This document shows positions 30,938-39,868 of a stretch of 64,000 nucleotides of DNA, piece by piece. Position numbers and translations under genes: made by a program. The DNA lies in the NCBI GenBank assembly GCA_036261745.1, contig DATAKE010000099.1, forward strand, positions 38,173 through 102,172, in the 5' to 3' direction. Within the stretch, counting starts at the first letter, position 1. Every line of letters begins with the position of its first letter. Under the pieces are notes generated by a model that was given only the letters and a program-made list of their open reading frames with translations, was not told the DNA's origin and ran no database searches. The stretch is from Opitutaceae bacterium (GTDB taxonomy: Bacteria > Verrucomicrobiota > Verrucomicrobiia > Opitutales > Opitutaceae).

Positions 30938-33760
30938 TCATTTGCCGACCGTCACCGGCACGGGCGCGGGGGCGATGACTTCGTTCAGGGCTTCGCGCAA
31001 CGCCACCAGCCGGTCGCTCGTCTCGAGGGTCTCGTGGTTGGCGCTTTCGATGTAGAAGGTGTCGATCGCGACGCCGCGCTCGGTGCCGATGCGGGCGAAC
31101 GTGATGTCGAAGCCGTGATCGGAAATGATTTTTGCCAGCCGGTAGAGGAGACCGATCTGGTCGCGCGCCTGGATCTCCACGATGGTGCGCTGCATCGAGA
31201 GCTCGTTGTAGACGTCCACCGTGGGAGGAAACGAGCTGTGCAGGGCCTCGCCGGTGGGCGACGAGAGATAGCGGCTCGAGGCGATCTTTTTGGCCTGCGC
31301 GAGAATCTCGGGATAAAGGTCGTTGTTGCCGACGAGGGCGGCCTCGATCGTCTTGGCGAATTTTTCCTGGGCGGTCGCGCTCTGCACGACACCGCGGCCG
31401 GGCTCGACGACGTAGAAGGTGTCGATCGCGATATGGTCGGTGCGGGAAATCACCTTCGCACCGAGGATGCTCAGCCCGGCGACGCTGAAGGCGCCGGCGA
31501 GTTTGTAGAAAAGGCCGGCGCGGTCCCACGTGACGACGTTCACCACGGTCAGCGAGCGGTTCAGGTCGTCCTTCCATTCGATCACCGGACGCAGCGTCCC
31601 GACGGAATCGGCGGTGGTGATCGATTTGAACAGCTGGTTCACCATCTGGATGTGGAGCGAAATTTCGTTCGCGTCCGTGTGGATGAAGTAACGGTCAGGG
31701 AGGAGACCGAAGTGCGCATTAATCTCATCCGCACTGATGCCGGGGATGCTTTTCGCGATGAGTTCCTGTTGGGTCATTGTCTTCTTTTCGTCGTAACTGG
31801 CGTCCAGCGCAGCGCCGAGATTCAGGCGCTCGAGGGTGGATCGGTAAAGGGTCGTGTGGAGGGTGTCCTTGTAACTGTTCCAGAGGTCGGCAGCGGTGCC
31901 GCGGGCATCGCAGAAGGTGTGGACGTAGAGATGACGCAGTTTCTCCGCATCGCAAACGAGTTCGGCAAAAGCTGTGGCGGTCTTTGGGTCATCGACATCC
32001 CGCTTCTGCCAGAACCGTGCCATCACCAAATGATTTTTAATCACGAACAGGACGATTTCCCGTCCCTCGGCGGAAACGCCGAAGCGTTCGAGCAGCGGAG
32101 CCGCCAGCCGCACGCCGCTCTCGGCGTGGCCCTGAATCGCCTCCGCCTTGCCGATATCGTGGAGCAGGAGCGTGAGATAAAGCAGCGCCGGGTCGGACGT
32201 CTCGTGGAGCACGCCGCGGTATTTCAGGGTGATGGGCTCGGCCTCCGTGAAAATCCGGTCAAGTTCGCGGATGGCGTTCAGCGTGTGCACGTCCGCGGTG
32301 TAGCGATGATAATATTCGTGCTGCACCAGACAGGTGAGTCCTTCGAACTCCGGGATGTAGCGGCCGAGGACCCCGAGCTCGTGCATGCGGGCCAGGACGG
32401 GCTGGACCGCCCCGACCTCGGAGAGGATCGCGCGGAAACTCACGGCGGCATCCTTCGACTGGGCGACTTCCGGGGTGAGGAGAGGGAGCGAATCCCGAAT
32501 CAGCTCCGAAAGGTGGAAATCGAGCGTGCACTCGAGCTGCTGGCAGTGGCGGAAAACGCGGATGAGCCGGACCGGGTCGTCCCGGAAGACCTCGGGTTTT
32601 TCCGCGGCGAGTTCGCGGCCGCGCAGGATGAAACCGTCGATGCGCTTGGTGCGCTGAAACCGCGCGGCCCGCAGTGCATCGCGAAAGGAAGTGCCGCCGG
32701 AATTTCCGTCTGCGCCGCCGCGGCCGATGCTGAGCGCCAGCCGGTCCTCGACGAGTTTCGAGACGCGGAAAATGGCCTGCGCGCACCGGTAGTAATCCTG
32801 CATGAAGTGCTCCACGCGCGGCAGGAGCTCCTTCTCGGTATACCCGAGGTTTTGCGCGAGCCGGGGCTGGGTATCGAGGTTGAGCACGTCGGTCGCGCGC
32901 GTGCTCATGAAATGCAGCTCGTTGCGCACGCGCAGGAGAAAATCATAGCTGCGCCGGAAGGCGGCGAGGTCGTCGGCGCGCAGGTAGCTCTGCGCGGCGA
33001 GCTCGTCGATCGTGGTGATGCCGAGCTTCACCCGCGCCATCCACACGGCGTTCTGGTAATCGCGCAGGCCGCCGACGCCATTCTTGATGTCGGGCTCCTG
33101 GTTGAAAACGGTGTTGGCGTGTTTCGCCCGGCGCTGTCCCTGGTCGTCGAGCCGCGCCGCGATGTAACCCTTCGGGTCCTCGCTCGTGTAATAGCTGCGG
33201 TAGGCGAGGGCGAAGGTTTCGTAGAGCTTGCTGGAGCCGGCGACGAGCCGCGACTCGAGAAGCGCCGTCTTGGTCTGGATGTCTTTGCGCGCCTCGACGA
33301 ACACCTCGTCGACGGTGCGCGTGGAGTGGCCGACCTTCAGGCCGCAATCCCAGAGCAGATAAAGAATTTCCTTCGTCAGATGCTCCTGCAGCGGCTTCGC
33401 GACCGCCGGTTTGGTCTTCGAGGGGAAGAGGAACATCACATCGATGTCGCTGAGCGGACTGAGTTCGCCGCGGCCGTAGCCACCGAGCGCAACCAGCGAA
33501 ACCGGCGCCGGCATCGGCCCGTGCATGCGCGCATAACTCTCGGTCGCGTAGTCGAAAAGATGTCCGAGCAGCCGGTCGATCGCCGCGGCCCGCTCATGCG
33601 TAACCATGAGGCCGGACGCTCCCGCGGCATGTCGCTCGCGCAAGGCGGTGGTCTCGGTTTTGAGATAGTCCTTGCAGGCGGCCAGCCGCTCAGCCGTCGG
33701 GACGTCTCCCACGAAATTGAGCGGTGAATCGTTGGCTGAAAGCAGCGTGGCCTCGGGCAT
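30938..33760 (-). CDS. glnD: [protein-PII] uridylyltransferase / uridylyl-removing enzyme GlnD
   Basis: The start is MPEATLLSANDSP. It has a nucleotidyltransferase domain (GGYGRGELSPLSDID), an HD domain (HRYTADVHTLN...LLHDIGK) and two C-terminal ACT domains. The 1313-aa ORF in the track is an artefactual 5' extension. Confidence 0.9.
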   Translation of the reverse strand: MPEATLLSANDSPLNFVGDVPTAERLAACKDYLKTETTALRERHAAGASGLMVTHERAAAIDRLLGHLFDYATESYARMHGPMPAPVSLVALGGYGRGELSPLSDIDVMFLFPSKTKPAVAKPLQEHLTKEILYLLWDCGLKVGHSTRTVDEVFVEARKDIQTKTALLESRLVAGSSKLYETFALAYRSYYTSEDPKGYIAARLDDQGQRRAKHANTVFNQEPDIKNGVGGLRDYQNAVWMARVKLGITTIDELAAQSYLRADDLAAFRRSYDFLLRVRNELHFMSTRATDVLNLDTQPRLAQNLGYTEKELLPRVEHFMQDYYRCAQAIFRVSKLVEDRLALSIGRGGADGNSGGTSFRDALRAARFQRTKRIDGFILRGRELAAEKPEVFRDDPVRLIRVFRHCQQLECTLDFHLSELIRDSLPLLTPEVAQSKDAAVSFRAILSEVGAVQPVLARMHELGVLGRYIPEFEGLTCLVQHEYYHRYTADVHTLNAIRELDRIFTEAEPITLKYRGVLHETSDPALLYLTLLLHDIGKAEAIQGHAESGVRLAAPLLERFGVSAEGREIVLFVIKNHLVMARFWQKRDVDDPKTATAFAELVCDAEKLRHLYVHTFCDARGTAADLWNSYKDTLHTTLYRSTLERLNLGAALDASYDEKKTMTQQELIAKSIPGISADEINAHFGLLPDRYFIHTDANEISLHIQMVNQLFKSITTADSVGTLRPVIEWKDDLNRSLTVVNVVTWDRAGLFYKLAGAFSVAGLSILGAKVISRTDHIAIDTFYVVEPGRGVVQSATAQEKFAKTIEAALVGNNDLYPEILAQAKKIASSRYLSSPTGEALHSSFPPTVDVYNELSMQRTIVEIQARDQIGLLYRLAKIISDHGFDITFARIGTERGVAIDTFYIESANHETLETSDRLVALREALNEVIAPAPVPVTVGK

Positions 33761-33840
33761 GAAGCGGCAGAGTGAACGTAAAAAGCCGCGGCGGGCGAGG
33801 GGGATTTTTCCACCGGGGAAAGCGGTAGCAGTGGCACAGT

Positions 33841-33927
33841 TTGTCATTGCGAGGAGTCCCGCGAAGCGGGACGACGAAGCAATCCAGCTGGATCGCCACG
33901 GCGCGCTTCGCGCACCTCGCGATGACA
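33841..33927. repeat. palindromic MITE-like element family B, copy 2
   Basis: Near-identical to 27734..27821. It lies in the glnD / valS divergent intergenic region. Confidence 0.8.
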
Positions 33928-34006
33928 GAGCAAACGGCCGGTGCTTAAACCACTTGCTTCGCAGCGGGGCCGGCGGTTTTCTCGGCGGTTCAGAATTTGA
34001 CTGACC

Positions 34007-36847
34007 ATGCCCGAAATCACCAAGAGCTACGAATCGCGTGACGTCGAAAAGAAGTGGTACGCCGCCTGGCAGGCCGCCCACGCGTTCGCCGGCAAGGTCG
34101 TGCCCGGCAAGGAGCCGTACAGCATCGTCATCCCGCCCCCGAACGTCACCGGCGTGCTCACGATGGGACACGTGTTGAACAATGCGATCCAGGACATCCT
34201 GATCCGCCGCGCCCGGCTCGAGGGCAAATCCGCCCTTTGGATTCCCGGCACCGACCACGCCGGCATCGCCACGCAGAACGTCGTCGAGAAACAGGTCCGG
34301 AAGGAAAAGAAGACGCGTCACGACTTCGGCCGCGAAAAGTTCGTCCAGAAAATCTGGGAGTGGCGCGAGGAAAAGGGCGGCATCATTTTGGAACAGCTCC
34401 GCCGGCTGGGCGCCTCGTGCGACTGGGACCGCACGCAGTTCACGATGGACGAGCACTACTCGAAGGCGGTGCTCACGGTGTTCGTCGACCTGTTCAACAA
34501 GGGCAGCATCTACCGCGGCAAGCGGATGGTGAACTGGTGCCCGGCGTCGCAGACGGCGCTGTCCGACGAAGAGGTCAACATGAAGCCCGTCAACGGCACG
34601 ATCTACCGTGTGCGTTACGAGCTCGTGGATTTGCCCGGACAATTCATCGAGGTGAAAACCACGCGGCCGGAAACGATTCCCGGCGACGTGGCGATTGCCG
34701 TTCATCCGGAGGATCCGCGTTACACCGCGCTGCTCGGGAAAAAAGTGCGGCGCCCGCTCGGGCCGGTCGCGGAGATTCCGATCATCGCCGACACGGCGGT
34801 CGACAAGGAGTTCGGGTCCGGCGCGCTGAAGATCACGCCGGCGCACGACAAGGTGGATTTCGAGATCGGTGCGCGGCACAAGCTGCCGATCGTCGACGTG
34901 CTCAATGCCGACGGCACGCTCAACGACTTCGCCGGCGCCGAGCTCGCCGGGATGGAGCGTTTCGCCGGGCGGAAAAAGGCGGCGGAACTATTGAAGGCTT
35001 CGGGCGCGCTGGTGGCCGAGGAGCCTTACGCGAACAACGTCGGTTATTCCGAGCGCGCCGACGTGCCGATCGAGCCGCGCCTCACGTGGCAGTGGTGGCT
35101 GCGTTATCCGCGGATCGAGGAGGCGAAAACGGCGGTGCGCGACGGACACATCAAGTTTTACCCGGCGCGCTGGAGCAAAGTTTACCTGCACTGGCTCGAG
35201 AACATTCAGGACTGGTGCATCAGCCGCCAGCTCTGGTGGGGGCACCGGATTCCGGTCTGGTACCGCAAGGGTCTCGACAAGGAGAAACTCACCGAGGCCG
35301 ATCTGCGCGATCCAACGAAGGTGCACGTTTCGCTCGCCGGTCCCTCCGATCCCGCGAATTGGATCCAGGAAGAGGACGTGCTCGATACGTGGGCGTCCTC
35401 GTGGCTGTGGCCGTTCGCGACGATGGGCTGGCCGGATCAGGCCGGGATGAAGAAGGCGGCCTTCGATTATTTTTATCCGACGACGACGCTCGTGACCGGG
35501 CCTGACATCATTTTCTTCTGGGTCGCGCGCATGATCATGGCGGGGCTGGAATTCACCGGCGGCGCCGCCGCCGGCGAAAGCTTAGAGTCTAGAGCTAAGA
35601 GTCTAGAGCCGGAAAAAGGCAAAGCTCCTGAGTCTGGCTCTCAGCTCTCAGCTCTTAGCTCTCAGCTTTCCGAAAAGGAAATCGCGAAGCGCATCCCGTT
35701 TCGGAACGTTTACTTCACCGGCATCATTCGCGACCAGCAGGGCCGCAAGATGTCGAAGTCGCTCGGCAACTCGCCCGACCCGCTCGACCTGATCGACACG
35801 TACGGCGCGGACGGACTGCGCTTCGGCATCATCTCGATCGCGCCGCAGGGACAGGACATCCGCTTCCAGGAAGACCGCATCGAGAGCGGCAAAAACTTCT
35901 GCAACAAGCTCTGGAACGCCTGCCGGTTCCGCCAGATGAGCGGCGAGGCGGGCGACAACCGCACGCTCGGGGCGATCATGGCCCGGCTTGAGCCGGGGAA
36001 GTTCGACGCGGACGACCACGCGATCCTCGACCGGCTGTTTGCCACGACGCGCGAGGTGGATCGTTGCTTTGTCGAATTTGAATTCAGCGCGGCGGTGCAG
36101 GCGCTCTACGGATTTTTCTGGAACGACTTTTGCGACTGGTACGTGGAGGTCTCGAAATCGAAGCTCCTCACGCCCGACACGAAGGCGAACTGCCTCGCGA
36201 TCCAGGATCTCGTGTTGCGGCAGACACTGCTCCTGTTGCATCCGTTCATCCCGTTTATCACCGAGGAACTCTGGCAGCTGCTCGGGTACGGCCAGCCCGG
36301 CACGTTCATCGAGGACGCGCCGATCGAAAACCCCTCGCAGCTCGCGACGAATGCCGGCGGAAATGTGCTGATCCTCGATCGCGATGCCGTGGCGGTCGTC
36401 GAGAAACTCAAGACTGCCGCCTCGCTCGCCCGCGCGTTGAAGGCCGACCACAATCTCGCGAGCCGGCGTGACGTGCGCTTCTTCGTGACCACGAGCGAAG
36501 CCGACTGGAAGGTCCTCGCGGCGAATCTCGCCAAGCTCACCCGCATGGTGGGCGCATCCGAAATCGTGCGGAAGGAGGCGGTCGATGGCGCGCCGGCGGC
36601 GGTGACGCCCCTCGGCACGCTCTATCTCGATCTCGCGAGCACGATTGATCCGGCGGCGGAAAAAGTGCGCCTCACCAAGGAACTCGATCAGCTGGCCAAA
36701 CACATCGCCGGCACCGAGGCGCGGTTGTCCAACGAAGCGTTCGTCAGCAAAGCCCCGCCGGCCGTGCTCGAGGGTGCGCGGAAGCAGCTCGCCGACCAGA
36801 AGGCGAAACGCGTCGAACTCGAACGGTTGCTGAAATCGCTGGGTTAG
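34007..36847 (+). CDS. valS: valine--tRNA ligase, carrying an in-frame ~31-aa insertion encoded by a palindromic repeat
   Basis: HIGH-type (PPPNVTGVLTMGHVLN) and KMSKS (KMSKSLGNSPDP) motifs are present, with a C-terminal coiled coil. The insertion ESLESRAKSLEPEKGKAPESGSQLSALSSQLSEKE lies between FFWVARMIMAGL and the KMSKS region. Confidence 0.95.
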   Translation: MPEITKSYESRDVEKKWYAAWQAAHAFAGKVVPGKEPYSIVIPPPNVTGVLTMGHVLNNAIQDILIRRARLEGKSALWIPGTDHAGIATQNVVEKQVRKEKKTRHDFGREKFVQKIWEWREEKGGIILEQLRRLGASCDWDRTQFTMDEHYSKAVLTVFVDLFNKGSIYRGKRMVNWCPASQTALSDEEVNMKPVNGTIYRVRYELVDLPGQFIEVKTTRPETIPGDVAIAVHPEDPRYTALLGKKVRRPLGPVAEIPIIADTAVDKEFGSGALKITPAHDKVDFEIGARHKLPIVDVLNADGTLNDFAGAELAGMERFAGRKKAAELLKASGALVAEEPYANNVGYSERADVPIEPRLTWQWWLRYPRIEEAKTAVRDGHIKFYPARWSKVYLHWLENIQDWCISRQLWWGHRIPVWYRKGLDKEKLTEADLRDPTKVHVSLAGPSDPANWIQEEDVLDTWASSWLWPFATMGWPDQAGMKKAAFDYFYPTTTLVTGPDIIFFWVARMIMAGLEFTGGAAAGESLESRAKSLEPEKGKAPESGSQLSALSSQLSEKEIAKRIPFRNVYFTGIIRDQQGRKMSKSLGNSPDPLDLIDTYGADGLRFGIISIAPQGQDIRFQEDRIESGKNFCNKLWNACRFRQMSGEAGDNRTLGAIMARLEPGKFDADDHAILDRLFATTREVDRCFVEFEFSAAVQALYGFFWNDFCDWYVEVSKSKLLTPDTKANCLAIQDLVLRQTLLLLHPFIPFITEELWQLLGYGQPGTFIEDAPIENPSQLATNAGGNVLILDRDAVAVVEKLKTAASLARALKADHNLASRRDVRFFVTTSEADWKVLAANLAKLTRMVGASEIVRKEAVDGAPAAVTPLGTLYLDLASTIDPAAEKVRLTKELDQLAKHIAGTEARLSNEAFVSKAPPAVLEGARKQLADQKAKRVELERLLKSLG
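35577..35669. repeat. palindromic element built from CTNAGAG / CTCTNAG heptamers, located inside the valS ORF in frame
   Basis: The left arm AAGCTTAGAGTCTAGAGCTAAGAGTCTAGAGCC is the imperfect reverse complement of the right arm GGCTCTCAGCTCTCAGCTCTTAGCTCTCAGCTT. The same element family is at 63891..63992. Confidence 0.8.
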
Positions 36848-36871
36848 GCCTGCGTCTTTTCAAAACCCGAG

Positions 36872-36942
36872 CTGTAGGAGCGGCTTCACGCCGCGACCGC
36901 AGCGGGTCCGTTGCCCGTCGCGGCGTAAAGCCGCTCCTACAG
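36872..36942. repeat. REP-like palindromic element family A, copy 3
   Basis: Same arms with one mismatch (CTTCACG). It is immediately 3' of valS. Confidence 0.85.
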
Positions 36943-36991
36943 TTGGGGCATCGTGCGGCGGATACTTGCTGATTCCGCCGTCTCGATTTGA

Positions 36992-37567
36992 GTGTCGGCC
37001 ATCATGCCCACCCCGCCTCGTGTCCTCGCGTTCTCCGGCAGTGCACGCCGGGAGTCGCTGAACAGGAAATTACTCGCGGTCACCGTCGACGCCGTCCGCA
37101 ATGCCGGCGCCGAGGTGACGCTGATCGACCTCAACGCCTACACGCTTCCGCTCTACCACGGGGATTTGGAAGACGCGGAAGGTTTGCCGGAAAACGCGAA
37201 AAAGCTCGTCGAGCTTATCACCCAGCACGCGGGACTGCTGATCGCGTCGCCGGAATACAACTCGATGTTCACGCCGCTGGTGAAGAACACCCTCGATTGG
37301 TGCACGCGCGCGGAGGAGAACCCGTTTACCGGCAAGGTCGCCGCCATCGTGTCGGCTTCGCCGGGGCAGCTGGGGGGTGTCCGCTCACTACAGCACCTGC
37401 GGCACCTGCTCCTTCATCTGGGCTGCCATGTCGTGCCGGCGCAGTGCACCCTGCCCAAGGCCCACGAGGCGTTCGATCCCGCGGGCAAACTCAAGGATCC
37501 GCGGAGCCAGAAAGCCGTGGAGGGAGTAGCCGCGGGTTTGTTCCAGCTTCTTAGCCGGATGGCCTGA
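36992..37567 (+). CDS. NAD(P)H-dependent FMN reductase family protein
   Basis: Flavodoxin-like NADPH-FMN reductase signature (VLAFSGSARRESLNRKL...LIASPEYNSMFTPLVKN). Confidence 0.75.
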   Translation: MSAIMPTPPRVLAFSGSARRESLNRKLLAVTVDAVRNAGAEVTLIDLNAYTLPLYHGDLEDAEGLPENAKKLVELITQHAGLLIASPEYNSMFTPLVKNTLDWCTRAEENPFTGKVAAIVSASPGQLGGVRSLQHLRHLLLHLGCHVVPAQCTLPKAHEAFDPAGKLKDPRSQKAVEGVAAGLFQLLSRMA

Positions 37568-37672
37568 TCCATTAGGCCGGCGGCCGTAAAAGTTTAGGAT
37601 GCCGACTGCGTAGGACTTCCCATGCCTGAGGGCTTGCCCGGCTAGCGTCGGCCTCTCAACGTCCTCCCTTTC

Positions 37673-38689
37673 ATGAAAAAAGCGCTCATCACCGGCATCA
37701 CGGGACAGGACGGTTCATATCTCGCCGAGCTGTTGCTCGACAAGGGTTACGAAGTGCACGGCGTCATTCGCCGCGCCTCGACCTTTAATACGAGCCGGAT
37801 CGACCATCTCTACCGGGATCCGCACGTAAACGGCGTGCGCCTGCATCTTCACTACGGCGATCTGGCCGATTCGGTTCAGATGGTAAAGTTGCTCTATCAG
37901 CTTCAGCCGGACGAGATTTACAACCTGGGCGCGCAGTCCCACGTCCGCGTGTCGTTCGATGTCCCGGAGTACACGGGCGATGTGGTCGGTCTCGGCGCCC
38001 AGCGCATTCTCGAGGCCATCCGCGAGGCGGGTTTGGTGAAGAAATGCCGTTACTACCAGGCCTCGTCGTCCGAGATGTTCGGCAAGGTGCAGGAAATTCC
38101 GCAGACAGAAAAGACGCCTTTCTGGCCCCGCTCGCCCTACGGTTGCGCGAAGCTTTACGCCTACTGGCTGACGGTGAACTACCGCGAGAGCTACAATCTC
38201 CATGCGAGCAACGGCATCCTCTTCAATCACGAGAGCCCCCGCCGCGGCGAAACGTTCGTGACGCGCAAAATCACCCGCGCCGCCACCCGCATCAAGGTCG
38301 GCCTCCAGGACTCGCTTTACCTCGGCAACCTCGATGCGCAGCGCGACTGGGGCTATGCGAAGGAATACGTCGAGATGATGTGGATCATGCTCCAGCAGGA
38401 TAAACCCGACGATTACGTGGTTGGCACGAACGAGACCCACAGTGTGAAGGAATTCTGCCAGGTGGCGTTCGGCCGTCTCGGCCTGGACTGGGAGAAATAC
38501 GTGAAGTACGACCAGCGCTACGAGCGCCCCGCCGAGGTGGAACTCCTTATCGGCGATTCCGCGAAGGCGAAGAAGCAGCTCGGCTGGGAGCCGAAAGTGA
38601 AGTTCAAGGAGCTCGTCGAACTCATGGTCGATCACGATCTCGAGCTCGCGAAGCAGGAGCTCCAAATCAGCAAGCTGCCGAAGGCCTGA
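37673..38689 (+). CDS. gmd: GDP-mannose 4,6-dehydratase
   Basis: [36 protein letters not shown]...; the classic Gmd SDR-family sequence across the full length. Confidence 0.95.
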   Translation: MKKALITGITGQDGSYLAELLLDKGYEVHGVIRRASTFNTSRIDHLYRDPHVNGVRLHLHYGDLADSVQMVKLLYQLQPDEIYNLGAQSHVRVSFDVPEYTGDVVGLGAQRILEAIREAGLVKKCRYYQASSSEMFGKVQEIPQTEKTPFWPRSPYGCAKLYAYWLTVNYRESYNLHASNGILFNHESPRRGETFVTRKITRAATRIKVGLQDSLYLGNLDAQRDWGYAKEYVEMMWIMLQQDKPDDYVVGTNETHSVKEFCQVAFGRLGLDWEKYVKYDQRYERPAEVELLIGDSAKAKKQLGWEPKVKFKELVELMVDHDLELAKQELQISKLPKA

Positions 38690-38763
38690 GAACAATTTTC
38701 GCGTGGGCGGCCCGCGCGGCAGTTTCGCAAAATCGCGCGAGTTGGCTTAGTTCTCGTTCAAGC

Positions 38764-39699
38764 ATGAAACTTTTCATCGCAGGTCACAATGGCATGGTGG
38801 GCGGCGCACTCGTGCGGCGCTTCTCGAGCGAGCCGGGCACCACGCTGCTGTTGCGCACGCGCAAGCAACTCGACCTGACGTCGCAGACCGCCGTCGAGAC
38901 GTTCTACGGCGCGGAGAAGCCGGATGTCGCGATCATCGCGGCGGCCAAAGTCGGCGGCATCCACGCGAACAACACCTACCCGGCGGAATTTCTCTACGAG
39001 AACCTCGCGATCGCCGCGAACTGCATCAACGGCGCCTTCAAGACCGGCGTGAAGCGGCTGCTCTTCCTCGGCAGCTCGTGCATTTATCCGAAGCACGCCC
39101 CGCAGCCGATGCCCGAGGATTCGCTGCTGACCAGCGCGCTCGAGCCGACGAACGAAGCCTACGCGATCGCGAAGATCACCGGGCTGAAGCTCGCCCAGGC
39201 GTACCGCAAGCAGTACGGCGTGATGTTTCACTCGGCGATGCCGACGAATCTCTACGGCCCGGGCGACAATTACCACCTGCAGAATTCGCACGTGCTGCCG
39301 GCCCTGATCCGCAAATTTCACGAGGCGAAGGAAGCGGGCCGCGATGAAGTCGTCGCCTGGGGCACGGGTACGCCGAAGCGCGAGTTCCTCCACGTCGACG
39401 ATCTCGCCGACGCCTGCGCGTTCCTGCTCAACCTCGAGAACCCGCCCGACTGGATCAATGTCGGGACCGGCACGGACGTAACCATCAAGGAGCTCACGGA
39501 AACCGTGGCCACCGTGACGGGTTTCACCGGAAAAATTGTCTGGGACGCCACCAAGCCCGACGGCACGCCGCGCAAGCTCATGGACGTCTCGCGCCTGGCA
39601 AAACTCGGCTGGAAGGCGCGCATCGCCCTCCGGGAAGGCGTGGACAAGACCTACGCCTCGTTCCTGAAGGAAAAAGCCGACGGCACCCTGCGCGGCTAG
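38764..39699 (+). CDS. fcl: GDP-L-fucose synthase (GDP-4-keto-6-deoxymannose 3,5-epimerase/4-reductase)
   Basis: [19 protein letters not shown]...; an SDR directly downstream of gmd. Confidence 0.9.
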   Translation: MKLFIAGHNGMVGGALVRRFSSEPGTTLLLRTRKQLDLTSQTAVETFYGAEKPDVAIIAAAKVGGIHANNTYPAEFLYENLAIAANCINGAFKTGVKRLLFLGSSCIYPKHAPQPMPEDSLLTSALEPTNEAYAIAKITGLKLAQAYRKQYGVMFHSAMPTNLYGPGDNYHLQNSHVLPALIRKFHEAKEAGRDEVVAWGTGTPKREFLHVDDLADACAFLLNLENPPDWINVGTGTDVTIKELTETVATVTGFTGKIVWDATKPDGTPRKLMDVSRLAKLGWKARIALREGVDKTYASFLKEKADGTLRG

Positions 39700-39722
39700 G
39701 ACTGAATCCGTCTTCTGCTCAG

Positions 39723-39793
39723 CTGTAGGAGCGGCTTTACGCCGCGATCGGAACCGGTCCGTCTTCGGGTCGCGGCGTAAAGCCGCTCCTACA
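39723..39793. repeat. REP-like palindromic element family A, copy 4
   Basis: Same arms. It is immediately 3' of fcl and upstream of prfB. Confidence 0.85.
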
Positions 39794-39868
39794 ATGGAAA
39801 ACATGGAGCGCCGCTTCTGTCTTTTCCCTTGCGCCATCCCCGCGTCTTTGCGGCCATTGCCCCTCACC

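Noticed and set aside
30818-33727. 969-aa plus-strand ORF antisense to glnD. Similar long antisense ORFs include 46664..49324, 971..2380, 5565..6479, 18392..20149, 20619..22175, 7693..9006, 22451..24265, 28889..30238, 38758..39891, 56643..57794, 57611..59098 and 59154..60269.
   Set aside because: These are typical high-GC artefacts. Their translations are Arg/Gly/Ala-rich with no recognisable domains, and each lies opposite a gene with strong homology-level signatures.
30938-34879. The 1313-aa minus-strand ORF presented as one protein
   Set aside because: The GlnD homology begins at MPEATLL (start codon at 33760). The upstream 370 codons run through non-coding DNA, including repeat B, and have no protein-like composition.
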